Source: Eledone cirrhosa
Lineage: Eukaryota
Length of the DNA: 64,000 nt
Direction: 5' to 3'
Assembly: GCA_964016885.1 (NCBI GenBank)
Contig: OZ024741.1
Location: forward strand, 2,852,001 to 2,916,000
The notes below the pieces were generated by a model, which searched no databases, was not told the origin of the DNA, and was given only the letters and a program-made list of their open reading frames with translations. The position numbers and the translations under genes are program-made. The first letter of the stretch is position 1. Every line of letters starts with the position of its first letter. Shown piece by piece: positions 13,501-27,060 of this stretch.

Positions 13501-16500
13501 TCTCTGAAGAGCTTCTACTGTCCAGCTCTCTTCACAGTTTATTCTCTGAAGACCTTCTACTGTCCAGCTCTCCTCACAGTTTCTTCTCTGAAGACCTTCT
13601 ACTGACCAGCTCTCCTCACAGTTTCTTCTCTCAAGAACTTTTGCTGTCCAGCTCTCCTCACAGTTTCTTCTCTGAAGACCTCCTATTATCCAGCCCTCCT
13701 CACAGTTTCTTCTCTGAAGACCTTCTACTGTCCACCTCTCCTCATCATTTCTTCTCTGCAGACTTTCTACTGTCCAGCTCTCCTCACAGTTTCTTCTCTG
13801 TAGATTTTCGACTGTCCAGTTCTCCTCACACTTTCTTCTCTGAAGACCTTCTACTGTCCAGCTCTCCTCACAGATCCTCTCTGAAGAGCTTCTACTGTCC
13901 AGCTCTCCTCATAGTTTCTTCTCTGAAGACCTTCTACTCTCCAGCTCTCCTCATCATTTCTTCTCTGCAGACCGTCTGCTGTCCAGCTCTCCTCACAGTT
14001 TCTTCTCTGAAGACCTCCTGTTGTCCAGCTCTCCTCACAGTTTCTTCTCTGAAGACCTTCTACTGTCCACCTCTCCTCATCATTTCTTCTTTGCAGACCT
14101 TCTACTGTCCAGCTCTCCTCAAAATTTCTTCTTTGGAGATTTTCGACTGTCCAGCTCTCCTCACAGTTTCTGCTCTGAAGACCTTCTACTGTCCAACTCC
14201 CTTCACAGTTTATTCTCTGATGATCTTCTACTGTCCATCTCGCCTGGCAGTTTCTTCTCTGAAGACCTTCCACTGTCCAGCTCTTATGACAGTTTCTTCT
14301 CTGAAAACATTCTACTGTCCAGCTCTTCTCACAGTTTCTTCTCTTAAGTTCTACGACTGTCCAGCTCTCCTCACAGTTTCTTCTCTGAAGACCTTCTACT
14401 CTCCATCTATCCTCACAGCTGCTTCTCTGAAGACCTTCTGTTGTCCAGCTCTCCTCACAGTTTCTTCTCTGAAGACCTTCTACTGTCTAGTTCTCCTCAC
14501 ACTTTCTTCTCTGAAGACCTTCTACTGTCCAGCTCTCCTCACAGTTTCTTCTCTGAAGACCTCCTGCTGACCAGCTCTGCTCACAGTTTCTTCTCTGAAG
14601 TCCTTCTACTGTCCATTCTCCTCACAGTTTCTTCTCTGAAGACCTTCTGCTGTACAGCTCTCCTCACACTTTCTTCTCTGAAGACCTTCTACTGTACAGA
14701 TCTCCTCTCAGTTTCTTCTCTGAAGACCTTCTACTCTCCAGCTCTCCTCATCATTTCTTCTCTGAAGACCTTCTACTGTCCAGTTCTACTCACAGTTTCT
14801 TCTCTGAAGACCTTCTACTGTCCAGCTCTCCACACAGTTTCTTCTCTGTAGACATTCTACTGTCTAGCTCTCCTCACAGTTTCTTCTCTGAAGACCTTCT
14901 ACTGACCAGCTCTCCTCACTGTTTCTTCTCTGAAGAACTTCTGCTGTCCAGCTCTCCTCACAGTTTCTTCTCTGAAGAGCTTCTGCTGTCCAGGTCTCCT
15001 CACAGTTTCTTCTCTGAAGACCTTCTACTGTCCAGCTCTCCTGACAGTTTCTTCTCTGAAAACCTTCTACTGTCCAGCTCTTCTCACAGTTTCTTCTCTT
15101 AAGTTCTACGACTATCCAGCTCTTCTCACAGTTTCTTCTCTGAAGACCTTCTACTGTCCAGCTCTCCTCACAGTTTCTTCTCTGAAGACCTTGTGTTGTC
15201 TAGTTCTCCTCACAGTTTCTTCTCTGAAGACCTTCTACTGTCCAGCTCTCCTCATCATTTCTTCTCTGCAGACCTTCTACTGTCCAGCTCCCCTGACAGT
15301 TTCTTCTCTGAAGACCTTCTGCTGTACAGCTCTCCTCACAGTTTCTTCTCTGAAGACCTTCTGCTGTCCAGGTCTCCTCACAGTTTCTTCTCTGAATACC
15401 TTCTACTGATCAGCTCTCCTAACAATTTCTTCTCCGAAGATTTTCTACTGTCCAGCTTTCCTCACAGTTTCTTCTATGAAGACCTTCTGCTGACATCTCT
15501 CCTCACAGTTTCTGCTCTGAAGACCTTCTACTGTCCAGCTCTCCTCACAGTTTCTTCTCTGAAGAGCTTCTACTGTCCAGCTCTCTTCACAGTTTATTAT
15601 CTGAAGATCTTCTACTGTCCAGCTCTCCTGACAGTTTCTTCTCTGAAAACCTTCTACTGTCCAGCTCCTCTCACAGTTTCTTCTCTGAAGACCTTCTACT
15701 GTCCAGCTCTCCTCACAGTTTCTTTTCTGAAGACCTTCTACTGTCCAGCTCTCCTCACAGTTTCTTCTCTGAAGACCTCCTATTGTCCAGCTCTCCTCAC
15801 AGTTTCTTCTCTGAAGACCTTCTACTGTCCACCTCTCCTCATCATTTCTTCTCTGCAGACTTTCTACTGTCCAGCTCTCCTCACAGTTTCTTCTCTGTAG
15901 ATTTTCGACTATCCAGTTCTCCTCACACTTTCTACTCTGAAGACCTTCTACTGTCCAGCTCTCCTCACAGATTCTTCTCTGACGAGCTTCTACTGTCCAG
16001 CTCTCCTCACAGTTTCTTCTCTGAAGACCTTCTACTGTCCAGCTCTCCTCACAATTTCTTCTTTGAAGATTTTCTACTGTCCAGCTCTCCTCACAGTTTC
16101 TTCTCTGAAGACATTCTGCTGACATCTCTCCTCACAGTTTCTGCTCTGAAGATCTACTGTCCATCTCGCCTGGCAGTTTCTTCTCTGAAGTTCTACGACT
16201 GTCCAGCTCTCCTCACAGTTTCTCCTCTGAAGACCTTCTACTCTCCATCTATCCTCACAATTTCTTCTCTGAAGACCTTCTACTGTCTAGTTCTCCTCAC
16301 ACTTTCTTCTCTGAAGACCTTCTACTGTCTTGTTCTCCTCACACTTTCTTCTCTGAAGACCTTCTACTGTCCAGCTCTCCTCACAGTTTCTTCTCTGAAG
16401 ACCTACTGACCAGCTCTCCTCACAGTTTCTTCTCTGAACACCTTCTACTGTACAGCTCTCCTCGCAGTTTCTTCTCTGACGACCTTCTACTGTCCAGTTC

Positions 16501-17799
16501 TCCTCACAGTTTCTTCTCTGAAGACCTTCTACTGTCCAGCTCTCCTCACAGTTTCTTCTCTGAAAACCTTCTGCTGTACAGCTCTCCTCACAGTTTCTTC
16601 ACTGAGGACCTTCTGCTGTCCAGGTCTCCTCACAATTTCTTCTCTGAATACCTTCAACTGACCAGCTCTCCTCACGGTTTCTTCTCTGAAGACCTTCTGC
16701 TGTACAGCTCTCCTCACAGTTTCTTCTCTGAGGACCTTCTGCTGTCCAGGTCTCCTCACAATTTCTTCTCTGAAGATCTTCTACTGTCCAGCTCTCCTGA
16801 CAGTTTCTTCTCTGAAAACCTTCTACTGTCCAGCTCCTCTCACAGTTTCTTCTCTGAAGACCTTCTACTGTCCAGCTCTCCTCACAGTTTCTTTTCTGAA
16901 GACCTTCTGCTGTCCAGCTCTCCTCACAGTTTCTTCTCTGAAGACCTCCTGTTGTCCAGCTCTCCTCACAGTTTCTTCTCTGAAGACATTCTACTGTCCA
17001 CCTCTTCTCATCATTTCTTCTCTGCAGACCTTCTACAGTCCAGTTCTCCTCACAGTTTCTTCTCTGAAGACCTTCTACTGTCCAGCTCTCCTCACAGATT
17101 CTTCTCTGAAGAGCTTCTACTGTCCAGCTCTCCTCACAGTTTCTTCTCTGAAGACCTTCTACTGTCCAGTTCTCCTCACACCTTCTTCGCTGAAGACCTT
17201 CTACTGTCCAGCTCTCCTCACAGTTTCTTCTCTGAAGACCTCCTGTCCAGCTCTCCTCACAGTTTCTTCTCTGAAGACCTTCTACTGTCCAGTTCCTCTC
17301 ACAGTTTCTTCTCTGAAGACCTTCTACTGTCCAGCTCTCCACACAGTTTCTTCTCTGAAGACCTTCTTCTGTCCAGCTCTCCTCACAGTTTCTTCTCTGA
17401 AGACCTTCTACTGTCCAGCTCTCCTCACAGTTTCTTCTCTGAAGACCTTCTACTCTCCAGCTCTCCTCACAGTTTCTTATCTGAAGACCTTCTACTGTCC
17501 AGCTCTCCTCATGATTTCTTCTCTGAAGACCTCCTGCTGTCCAGCTCTCCTCACAGTTTCTTGTCTGAAGACCTGCTACTGACCAGCTCTCCTCACAGTT
17601 TCTTCTCTGAAGTCCTTCTACTGTCCATCTCTCCTCACAGTTTCTTGTCTGAAGACCTTCTGCTGTATAGCTCTCCTCAAACTTTCTTCTCTGAAGACCT
17701 TCTACTGTACAGCTCTCCTCACAGTTTCTTCTCTGAAGACCTTCTACTCTCCAGCTCTCCTCATCATTTCTTCTCTGAAGACCTTCTACTGTCCAGCTC

Positions 17800-19520
17800 T
17801 CCTCACAGATTCTTCTCTGAAGACCTTCTACTGTCCAGCTCTTCTCACAGTTTCTTCTCTGAAGCCCTTCTACTGTCCAGCTCTCCTCAAAATTTCTTCG
17901 CTGAAGACCTTCTGCTTTCGAGCTCTCCTCACAATTTCTTCTCTGAAGACCTTCTACTGTCTAGCTCTCCGGACAGTTTCTTCTCTGAAGACCTTCTACT
18001 CTCCAGCTCTCCTCAGAGTTTCTTCTCTGCAGACCTTCTACTGTCCAGCTCTCCTCATGATTTCTTCTCTGAAGACCTTCTACTGTCCAGCTCTCCTCAC
18101 AATTTCTTCTTTGAAGAGATTCTACTGTCCAGCTCTCCTCACAGTTTCTTCTCTGAAGACCTCCTGCTGACCAGCTCTGCTCACAGTTTCTTCTCTGAAG
18201 TCCTTCTACTGTCCATCTCTCCTCACAGTTTCTTCTCTGAAGACCTTCTGCTGTACAGCTCTCCTCACACTTTCTTCTCTGAAGACCTTCTACTGTACAG
18301 ATCTCCTCTCAGTTTCTTCTCTGAAGACCTTCTACTCTCCAGCTCTCCTCATCATTTCTTCTCTGAAGACCTTCTACTGTCCAGTTCTACTCACAGTTTC
18401 TTCTCTGAAGACCTTCTACTGTCCAGCTCTCCACACAGTTTCTTCTCTGAAGACATTCTACTGTCTAGCTCTCCTCACAGTTTCTTCTCTGAAGACCTTC
18501 TACTGACCAGCTCTCCTCACAGTTTCTTCTCTGAAGAACTTCTGCTGTCCAGCTCCCCTCACAGTTTCTTCTCTGAAGAGCTTCTACTGTCCAGCTCTCC
18601 TCACAGTTTCTTCTCTGAAGACCTTCTACTGTCCAGCTCTCCTCAAAATTTCTTCTTTGGAGATTTTCGACTGTCCAGCTCTCCTCACTGTTTCTTCTCT
18701 GAAGACCTTCTACTGTCTAGTTCTCCTCACACTTTCTTCTCTGAAGACCTTCTACTGTCCAGCTCTCCTCATGATTTCTTCTCTGAAGACCTCCTGCTGT
18801 CCAGCTCTCCTCACAGTTTCTTCTCTGAAGACCTGCTACTGTCCAGCTCTCCTCACAGATTCTTCTCTGAAGACCTTCTACTGTCCAGCTCATCTCACAG
18901 TTTCTTCTCTGAAGCCCTTCTACTGTCCAGCTCTCCTCACAGTTTCTTCTCTGAAGACCTTCTACTGTCCAGCTCTCCTCAAAATTTCTTCGCTGAAGAC
19001 CTTCTGCTTTCGAGCTCTCCTCACAATTTCTTCTCTGAAGACCTTCTACTGTCTAGCTCTCCGGACAGTTTCTTCTCTGAAAACCTTCTACTCTCCAGCA
19101 CTCCTCAGAGTTTCTTCTCTGCAGACCTTCTACTGTCCAGCTCTCCTCATGATTTCTTCTCTGAAGACCTTCTAGTGTCCAGCTCTCCTCACAATTTCTT
19201 CTCTGAAGAGATTCTACTGTTCAGCTCTCCTCACAGTTTCTTCTCTGAAGACCTCCTGCTGACCAGCTCTGCTCACAGTTTCTTCTCTGAAGTCCTTCTA
19301 CTGTCCATCTCTCCTCACAGTTTCTTCTCTGAAGACCTTCTGCTGTACAGCTCTCCTCACACTTTCTTCTCTGAAGACCTTCTACTGTACAGATCTCCTC
19401 TCAGTTTCTTCTCTGAAGACCTTCTACTCTCCAGCTCTCCTCATCATTTCTTCTCTGAAGACCTTCTACTGTCCAGTTCTACTCACAGTTTCTTCTCTGA
19501 AGACCTTCTACTGTCCAGCT
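17800..19520 (+). repeat. Local 26-monomer (1092-bp) duplication
   Basis: The rare variant CTTCGCTGAAGACCTTCTGCTTTCGAGC has its CTTTCGAG at 17915 and 19007 (offset 1092 = 26x42). The same ordered downstream variants follow in both copies (TCTAGCTCTCCGGACAG, CATGATTT, GAAGAGATT, GACCAGCTCTGCT, GTACAGATCT). Confidence 0.8.
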
Positions 19521-22500
19521 CTCCACAGTTTCTTCTCTGAAGACATTCTACTGTCTAGCTCTCCTCACAGTTTCTTCTCTGAAGACCTTCTACTGACCAG
19601 CTCTCCTCACAGTTTCTTCTCTGAAGAACTTCTGCTGTCCAGCTCCCCTCACAGTTTCTTCTCTGAAGAGCTTCTACTGTCCAGCTCTCCTCACAGTTTC
19701 TTCTCTGAAGACCTTCTACTGCCCAGCTCTCCTCAAAATTTCTTCTTTGGAGATTTTCGACTCTCCAGCTCTCCTCACAGTTTCTTCTCTGTAGACCTTC
19801 TACTGTCTAGTTCTCCTCACACTTTCTTCTCTGAAGACCTTCTACTGTCCAGCTCTCCTCACAGTTTCTTCTCTGAAGACCTCCTGCTGACCAGCTCTGC
19901 TCACAGTTTCTTCTCTGAAGTCCTTCTACTGTCCATTCTCCTCACAGTTTCTTCTCTGAAGACCTTCTGCTGTACAGCTCTCCTCAAACTTTCTTCTCTG
20001 AAGACCTTCTACTGTACAGATCTCCTCTCAGTTTCTTCTCTGAAGACCTTCTACTCTCCAGCTCTCCTCATCATTTCTTCTCTGAAGACCTTCTACTGTC
20101 CAGCTCTCCACACAGTTTCTTCTCTGAAGACATTCTACTGTCTAGCTCTCCTCACAGTTTCTTCTCTGAAGACCTTCTACTGACCAGCTCTCCTCACAGT
20201 TTCTTCTCTGAAGAACTTCTGCTGTCCAGCTCTCCTCACAGTTTCTTCTCTGAAGAGCTTCTGCTGTCCAGGTCTCCTCACAGTTTCTTCTCTGAAGACC
20301 TTCTACTGTCCAGCTCTCCTGACAGTTTCTTCTCTGCAGACCTTCTACTGTCCAGCTCTCCTCACAGTTTCTTCTCTTATGTTCTACGACTGTCCAGCTC
20401 TTCTCACAGTTTCTTCTCTGAAGACCTTCTACTGTCCAGCTCTCCTCACAGTTTCTTCTCTGAAGACCTTGTGTTGTCTAGTTCTCCTCACAGTTTCTTC
20501 TCTGAAGACCTTCTACTGTCCAGCTCTCCTCATCATTTCTTCTCTGCAGACCTTCTACTGTCCAGCTCTCCTCACAGTTTCTTCTCTGTAGATTTTCTAC
20601 TGTCCAGTTCTCCTCACACTTTCTTCTCTGAAGAGCTTCTACTGTCCAGCTCTCCTCACAGTTTCTTCTCTGAAGAACTTCTACTGTCCAGCTCTCCTCA
20701 AAATTTCTTCTTTGAAAATTTTCGACTGTCCAGCTCTCCTCACAGTTTCTGCTCTGAAGACCTTCTACTGTCCAACTCTCTTCACAGTTTATTATCTGAT
20801 GATCTTCTACTGTCCATCTCGCCTGGCAGTTTCTTCTCTGAAGACCTTCCACTGTCCAGCTCTTATGACAGTTTCTTCTCTGAAAACATTCTACTGTCCA
20901 GCCCTTCTCACAGTTTCTTCTCTTAAGTTCTACGACTGTCCAGCTCTCCTCACAGTTTCTTCTCTGAAGACCTTCTACTCTCCATCTATCCTCACAGTTT
21001 CTTCTCTGAAGACCTTCTGTTGTCCAGCTCCCCTCTCAGTTTCTTCTCTGAAGACCTTCTACTGTCTAGTTCACCTCACACTTTCTTCTCTGAAGACCTT
21101 CTACTGTCCAGCTCTCCTCACAATTTCTTCTCTGAAGAGATTCTACTGTCCAGCTCTCCTCACAGTTTCTTCTCTGAAGACCTCCTGCTGACCAGCTCTG
21201 CTCACAGTTTCTTCTCTGAAGTCCTTCTACTGTCCATCTCTCCTCACAGTTTCTTCTCTGAAGACCTTCTGCTGTACAGCTCTCCTCACACTTTCTTCTC
21301 TGAAGACCTTCTACTGTACAGATCTCCTCTCAGTTTCTTCTCTGAAGACCTTCTACTCTCCAGCTCTCCTCATCATTTCTTCTCTGAAGACCTTCTACTG
21401 TCCAGTTCTACTCACAGTTTCTTCTCTGAAGACCTTCTACTGTCCAGCTCTCCACACAGTTTCTTCTCTGAAGACATTCTACTGTCTAGCTCTCCTCACA
21501 GTTTCTTCTCTGAAGACCTTCTACTGACCAGCTCTCCTCACAGTTTCTTCTCTGAAGAACTTCTGCTGTCCAGCTCCCCTCACAGTTTCTTCTCTGAAGA
21601 GCTTCTACTGTCCAGCTCTCCTCACAGTTTCTTCTCTGAAGACCTTCTACTGTCCAGCTCTCCTCAAAATTTCTTCTTTGGAGATTTTCGACTGTCCAGC
21701 TCTCCTCACTGTTTCTTCTCTGAAGACCTTCTACTGTCTAGTTCTCCTCACACTTTCTTCTCTGAAGACCTTCTACTGTCCAGCTCTCCTCATGATTTCT
21801 TCTCTGAAGACCTCCTGCTGTCCAGCTCTCCTCACAGTTTCTTCTCTGAAGACCTGCTACTGTCCAGCTCTCCTCACAGATTCTTCTCTGAAGACCTTCT
21901 ACTGTCCAGCTCATCTCACAGTTTCTTCTCTGAAGCCCTTCTACTGTCCAGCTCTCCTCACAGTTTCTTCTCTGAAGACCTTCTACTGTCCAGCTCTCCT
22001 CAAAATTTCTTCGCTGAAGACCTTCTGCTTTCGAGCTCTCCTCACAATTTCTTCTCTGAAGACCTTCTACTGTCTAGCTCTCCGGACAGTTTCTTCTCTG
22101 AAAACCTTCTACTCTCCAGCACTCCTCAGAGTTTCTTCTCTGCAGACCTTCTACTGTCCAGCTCTCCTCATGATTTCTTCTCTGAAGACCTTCTAGTGTC
22201 CAGCTCTCCTCACAATTTCTTCTCTGAAGAGATTCTACTGTTCAGCTCTCCTCACAGTTTCTTCTCTGAAGACCTCCTGCTGACCAGCTCTGCTCACAGT
22301 TTCTTCTCTGAAGTCCTTCTACTGTCCATCTCTCCTCACAGTTTCTTCTCTGAAGACCTTCTGCTGTACAGCTCTCCTCACACTTTCTTCTCTGAAGACC
22401 TTCTACTGTACAGATCTCCTCTCAGTTTCTTCTCTGAAGACCTACTACTCTCCAGCTCTCCTCATCATTTCTTCTCTGAAGACCTTCTACTGTCCAGTTC

Positions 22501-24320
22501 TACTCACAGTTTCTTCTCTGAAGACCTTCTACTGTCCAGCTCTCCACAGTTTCTTCTCTGAAGACATTCTACTGTCTAGCTCTCCTCACAGTTTCTTCTC
22601 TGAAGACCTTCTACTGACCAGCTCTCCTCACAGTTTCTTCTCTGAAGAACTTCTGCTGTCCAGCTCCCCTCACAGTTTCTTCTCTGAAGAGCTTCTACTG
22701 TCCAGCTCTCCTCACAGTTTCTTCTCTGAAGACCTTCTACTGCCCAGCTCTCCTCAAAATTTCTTCTTTGGAGATTTTCGACTCTCCAGCTCTCCTCACA
22801 GTTTCTTCTCTGTAGACCTTCTACTGTCTAGTTCTCCTCACACTTTCTTCTCTGAAGACCTTCTACTGTCCAGCTCTCCTCACAGTTTCTTCTCTGAAGA
22901 CCTCCTGCTGACCAGCTCTGCTCACAGTTTCTTCTCTGAAGTCCTTCTACTGTCCATTCTCCTCACAGTTTCTTCTCTGAAGACCTTCTGCTGTACAGCT
23001 CTCCTCAAACTTTCTTCTCTGAAGACCTTCTACTGTACAGATCTCCTCTCAGTTTCTTCTCTGAAGACCTTCTACTCTCCAGCTCTCCTCATCATTTCTT
23101 CTCTGAAGACCTTCTACTGTCCAGCTCTCCACACAGTTTCTTCTCTGAAGACATTCTACTGTCTAGCTCTCCTCACAGTTTCTTCTCTGAAGACCTTCTA
23201 CTGACCAGCTCTCCTCACAGTTTCTTCTCTGAAGAACTTCTGCTGTCCAGCTCTCCTCACAGTTTCTTCTCTGAAGAGCTTCTGCTGTCCAGGTCTCCTC
23301 ACAGTTTCTTCTCTGAAGACCTTCTACTGTCCAGCTCTCCTGACAGTTTCTTCTCTGCAGACCTTCTACTGTCCAGCTCTCCTCACAGTTTCTTCTCTTA
23401 TGTTCTACGACTGTCCAGCTCTTCTCACAGTTTCTTCTCTGAAGACCTTCTACTGTCCAGCTCTCCTCACAGTTTCTTCTCTGAAGACCTTGTGTTGTCT
23501 AGTTCTCCTCACAGTTTCTTCTCTGAAGACCTTCTACTGTCCAGCTCTCCTCATCATTTCTTCTCTGCAGACCTTCTACTGTCCAGCTCTCCTCACAGTT
23601 TCTTCTCTGTAGATTTTCTACTGTCCAGTTCTCCTCACACTTTCTTCTCTGAAGAGCTTCTACTGTCCAGCTCTCCTCACAGTTTCTTCTCTGAAGAACT
23701 TCTACTGTCCAGCTCTCCTCAAAATTTCTTCTTTGAAAATTTTCGACTGTCCAGCTCTCCTCACAGTTTCTGCTCTGAAGACCTTCTACTGTCCAACTCT
23801 CTTCACAGTTTATTATCTGATGATCTTCTACTGTCCATCTCGCCTGGCAGTTTCTTCTCTGAAGACCTTCCACTGTCCAGCTCTTATGACAGTTTCTTCT
23901 CTGAAAACATTCTACTGTCCAGCCCTTCTCACAGTTTCTTCTCTTAAGTTCTACGACTGTCCAGCTCTCCTCACAGTTTCTTCTCTGAAGACCTTCTACT
24001 CTCCATCTATCCTCACAGTTTCTTCTCTGAAGACCTTCTGTTGTCCAGCTCCCCTCTCAGTTTCTTCTCTGAAGACCTTCTACTGTCTAGTTCACCTCAC
24101 ACTTTCTTCTCTGAAGACCTTCTACTGTCCAGCTCTCCTCACAATTTCTTCTCTGAAGAGATTCTACTGTCCAGCTCTCCTCACAGTTTCTTCTCTGAAG
24201 ACCTCCTGCTGACCAGCTCTGCTCACAGTTTCTTCTCTGAAGTCCTTCTACTGTCCATCTCTCCTCACAGTTTCTTCTCTGAAGACCTTCTGCTGTACAG
24301 CTCTCCTCACACTTTCTTCT
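18061..24320 (+). repeat. Near-identical tandem duplication, period 3021 bp (72 monomers minus 3 bp); copy 1 ~18061-21081, copy 2 ~21082-24102, start of a third copy beyond
   Basis: Identical ORF translations occur at offset 3021 (18657/21678, 20379/23400, 20471/23492, 20712/23733), and 21020/24041 share the same start. Both copies share a 2-bp deletion monomer (CTCCACAGTT at ~19521/~22542) and a 1-bp deletion monomer (CCATTCTCC at ~19933/~22954), which account for 3024-3. Confidence 0.95.
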
Positions 24321-27060
24321 CTGAAAACCTTCTACTGTACAGATCTCCTCTCAGTTTCTTCTCTGAAGAACTTCTACTCTCCAGCTCTCCTCATCATTTC
24401 TTCTCTGAAGCCCTTCTACTGTCCAGTTCTACTCACAGTTTCTTCTCTGAAGACCTTCTACTGTCTAGCTCTCCACACAGTTTCTTCTCTGAAGACATTC
24501 TACTGTCTAGCTCTCCTCACAGTTTCTTCTCTGAAGACCTTCTACTGACCAGCTCTCCTCACAGTTTCTTCTCTGAAGAACTTCCGCTGTCCAGCTCTCC
24601 TCACAGTTTCTTCTCTGAAGAACTTCTGCTGTCCAGGTCTCCTGACAGTTTCTTCTCTGAAAACCTTCTACTGTCCAGCTCTTCTCACAGTTTCTTCTCT
24701 TAAGTTCTACGACTGTCCAGCTCTTCTTATAGTTTCTTCTCTGAAGACCTTCTACTGTCCAGCTCTCCTCACAGTTTCTTCTCTGAAGACCTTGTGTTGT
24801 CTAGTTCTCCTCACAGTTACTTCTCTGAAGACCTTCTACTGTCCAGCTCTCCTCATCATTTCTTCTCTGCAGACCTTCTACTGTACAGCTCTCCTCACAG
24901 TTTCTTCTCTGTAGATTTTCTACTGTCCAGTTCTCCTCACACTTTCTTCTCTGAAGAGCTTCTACTGTCCAGCTCTCCTCACAGTTTCTTCTCTGAAGAC
25001 CTTCTACTGTCCAGCTCTCCTCAAAATTTCTTCTTTGAAGATTTTAGACTGTCCAGCTCTCCTCACAGTTTCTGCTCTGAAGACCTTCTACTGTCCAACT
25101 CTCTTCACAGTTTATTCTCTGATGATCTTCTACTGTCCATCTCGCCTGGCAGTTTCTTCTCTGAAGACCTTCCACTGTCCAGCTCTTATGACAGTTTCTT
25201 CTCTGAAAACATTCTACTGTACAGCTCTTCTCACAGTTTCTTCTCTTAAGTTCTACGACTGTCCAGCTCTCCTCACAGTTTCTTCTCTGAAGACCTTCTA
25301 CTCTCCATCTATCCTCACAGCTTCTTCTCTGAAGACCTTCTGTTGTCCAGCTCTCCTCACAGTTTCTTCCCTGAAGACCTTCTACTGTCTAGTTCTCCTC
25401 ACACTTTCTTCTCTGAAGACCTTCTATTGTCCAGCTCTCTTCACAGTTTATTCTCTGAAGACCTACTGACCAGCTCTCCTCACGGTTTCTTTTCTGAAGA
25501 CCTTCTGCTGCCCAGCACTGCTCACAGTTTCTTCTCTGAAGACCTTCTGCTGTACAGCTCTCCTCACACTTTCTTCTCTGAAGACCTTCTACTGTACAGA
25601 TCTCCTCTCAGTTTCTTCTCTGAAGACCTTCTACTGTCCAGTTCTACTCACAGTTTCATCTCTGAAGACCTTCTACTGTCCAGCTCTCCACACAGTTTCT
25701 TCTCTGAAGACATTCTTCTGTCTAGCTCTCCTCACAGTTTCTTCTCTGAAGACCTTCTACTGACCAGCTCTCCTCACAGTTTCTTCTCTGAAGAACTTCT
25801 GCTGTCCAGCTCTCCTCACAGTTTCTTCTCTGAAGAGCTTCTGCTGTCCAGATCTCCTCACAATTTCTTCTCTGAAGACCTTCTACTGTCCAGCTCTCCT
25901 CACAGTTTCTTCTCTGAAAACCTTCTACTGTCCAGCTCTTCTCACAGTTTCTTCTCTTAAGTTCTACGACCGTCCAGCTCTTCTCACAGTTTCTTCTCTG
26001 AAAACCTTCTACTGTCCAGCTCTCCTCACAGTTTCTTCTCTGTAGATTTTCTACTGTCCAGTTCTCCTCACACTTTCTTCTCTGAAGAGCTTCTACTGTC
26101 CAGTTCTCCTCACAGTTTCTTCTCTGAAGACCTTCTACTGTTTAGCTCTCATCAAAATTTCTTCTTTGAAGATTTTCGACTCTCCAGTCCTCCTCACAGT
26201 TTCTGCTCTGAAGACCTTCTACTGTCCAACTCTCTTCACAGTTTATTCTCTGATGATCCGCTACTGTCCATCTCGCCTGGCAGTTTCTTCTCTGAAGACC
26301 TTCCACTGTCCAGCTCTTATGACAGTTTCTTCTCTGAAAACATTCTACTGTCCAGCTCTTCTCACAGTTTCTTCTCTTAAGTTCTACGACTGTCCAGCTC
26401 TCCTTACAGTTTCTTCCCTGAAGACCTTCTACTGTCTAGTTCTCCTCACACTTTCTTCTCTGAAGACCTTCTACTGTCCAGCTCTCTTCACAGTTTATTC
26501 TCTGAAGACCTACTGACCAGCTCTCCTCACGGTTTCTTTTCTGAAGACCTTCTGCTGCCCAGCACTGCTCACAGTTTCTTCTCTGAAGACCTTCTGCTGT
26601 ACAGCTCTCCTCACACTTTCTTCTCTGAAGACCTTCTACTGTACAGATCTCCTCTCAGTTTCTTCTCTGAAGACCTTCTACTCTCCAGCTCTCCTCATCA
26701 TTTCTTCTCTGAAGACCTTCTACTGTCCAGTTCTACTCACAGTTTCTTCTCTGAAGACCTTCTACTGTCCAGCTCTCCACACAGTTTCTTCTCTGAAGAC
26801 ATTCTTCTGTCTAGCTCTCCTCACAGTTTCTTCTCTGAAGACCTTCTACTGACCAGCTCTCCTCACAGTTTCTTCTCTGAAGAACATCTGCTGTCCAGCT
26901 CTCCTCACAGTTTCTTCTCTGAAGAGCTTCTGCTGTCCAGGTCTCCTCACAGTTTCTTCTCTGAAGACCTTCTACTGTCCAGCTCTCCTCACAGTTTCTT
27001 CTCTGAAAACCTTCTACTGTCCAGCTCTTCTCACAGTTTCTTCTCTTAAGTTCTACGACC

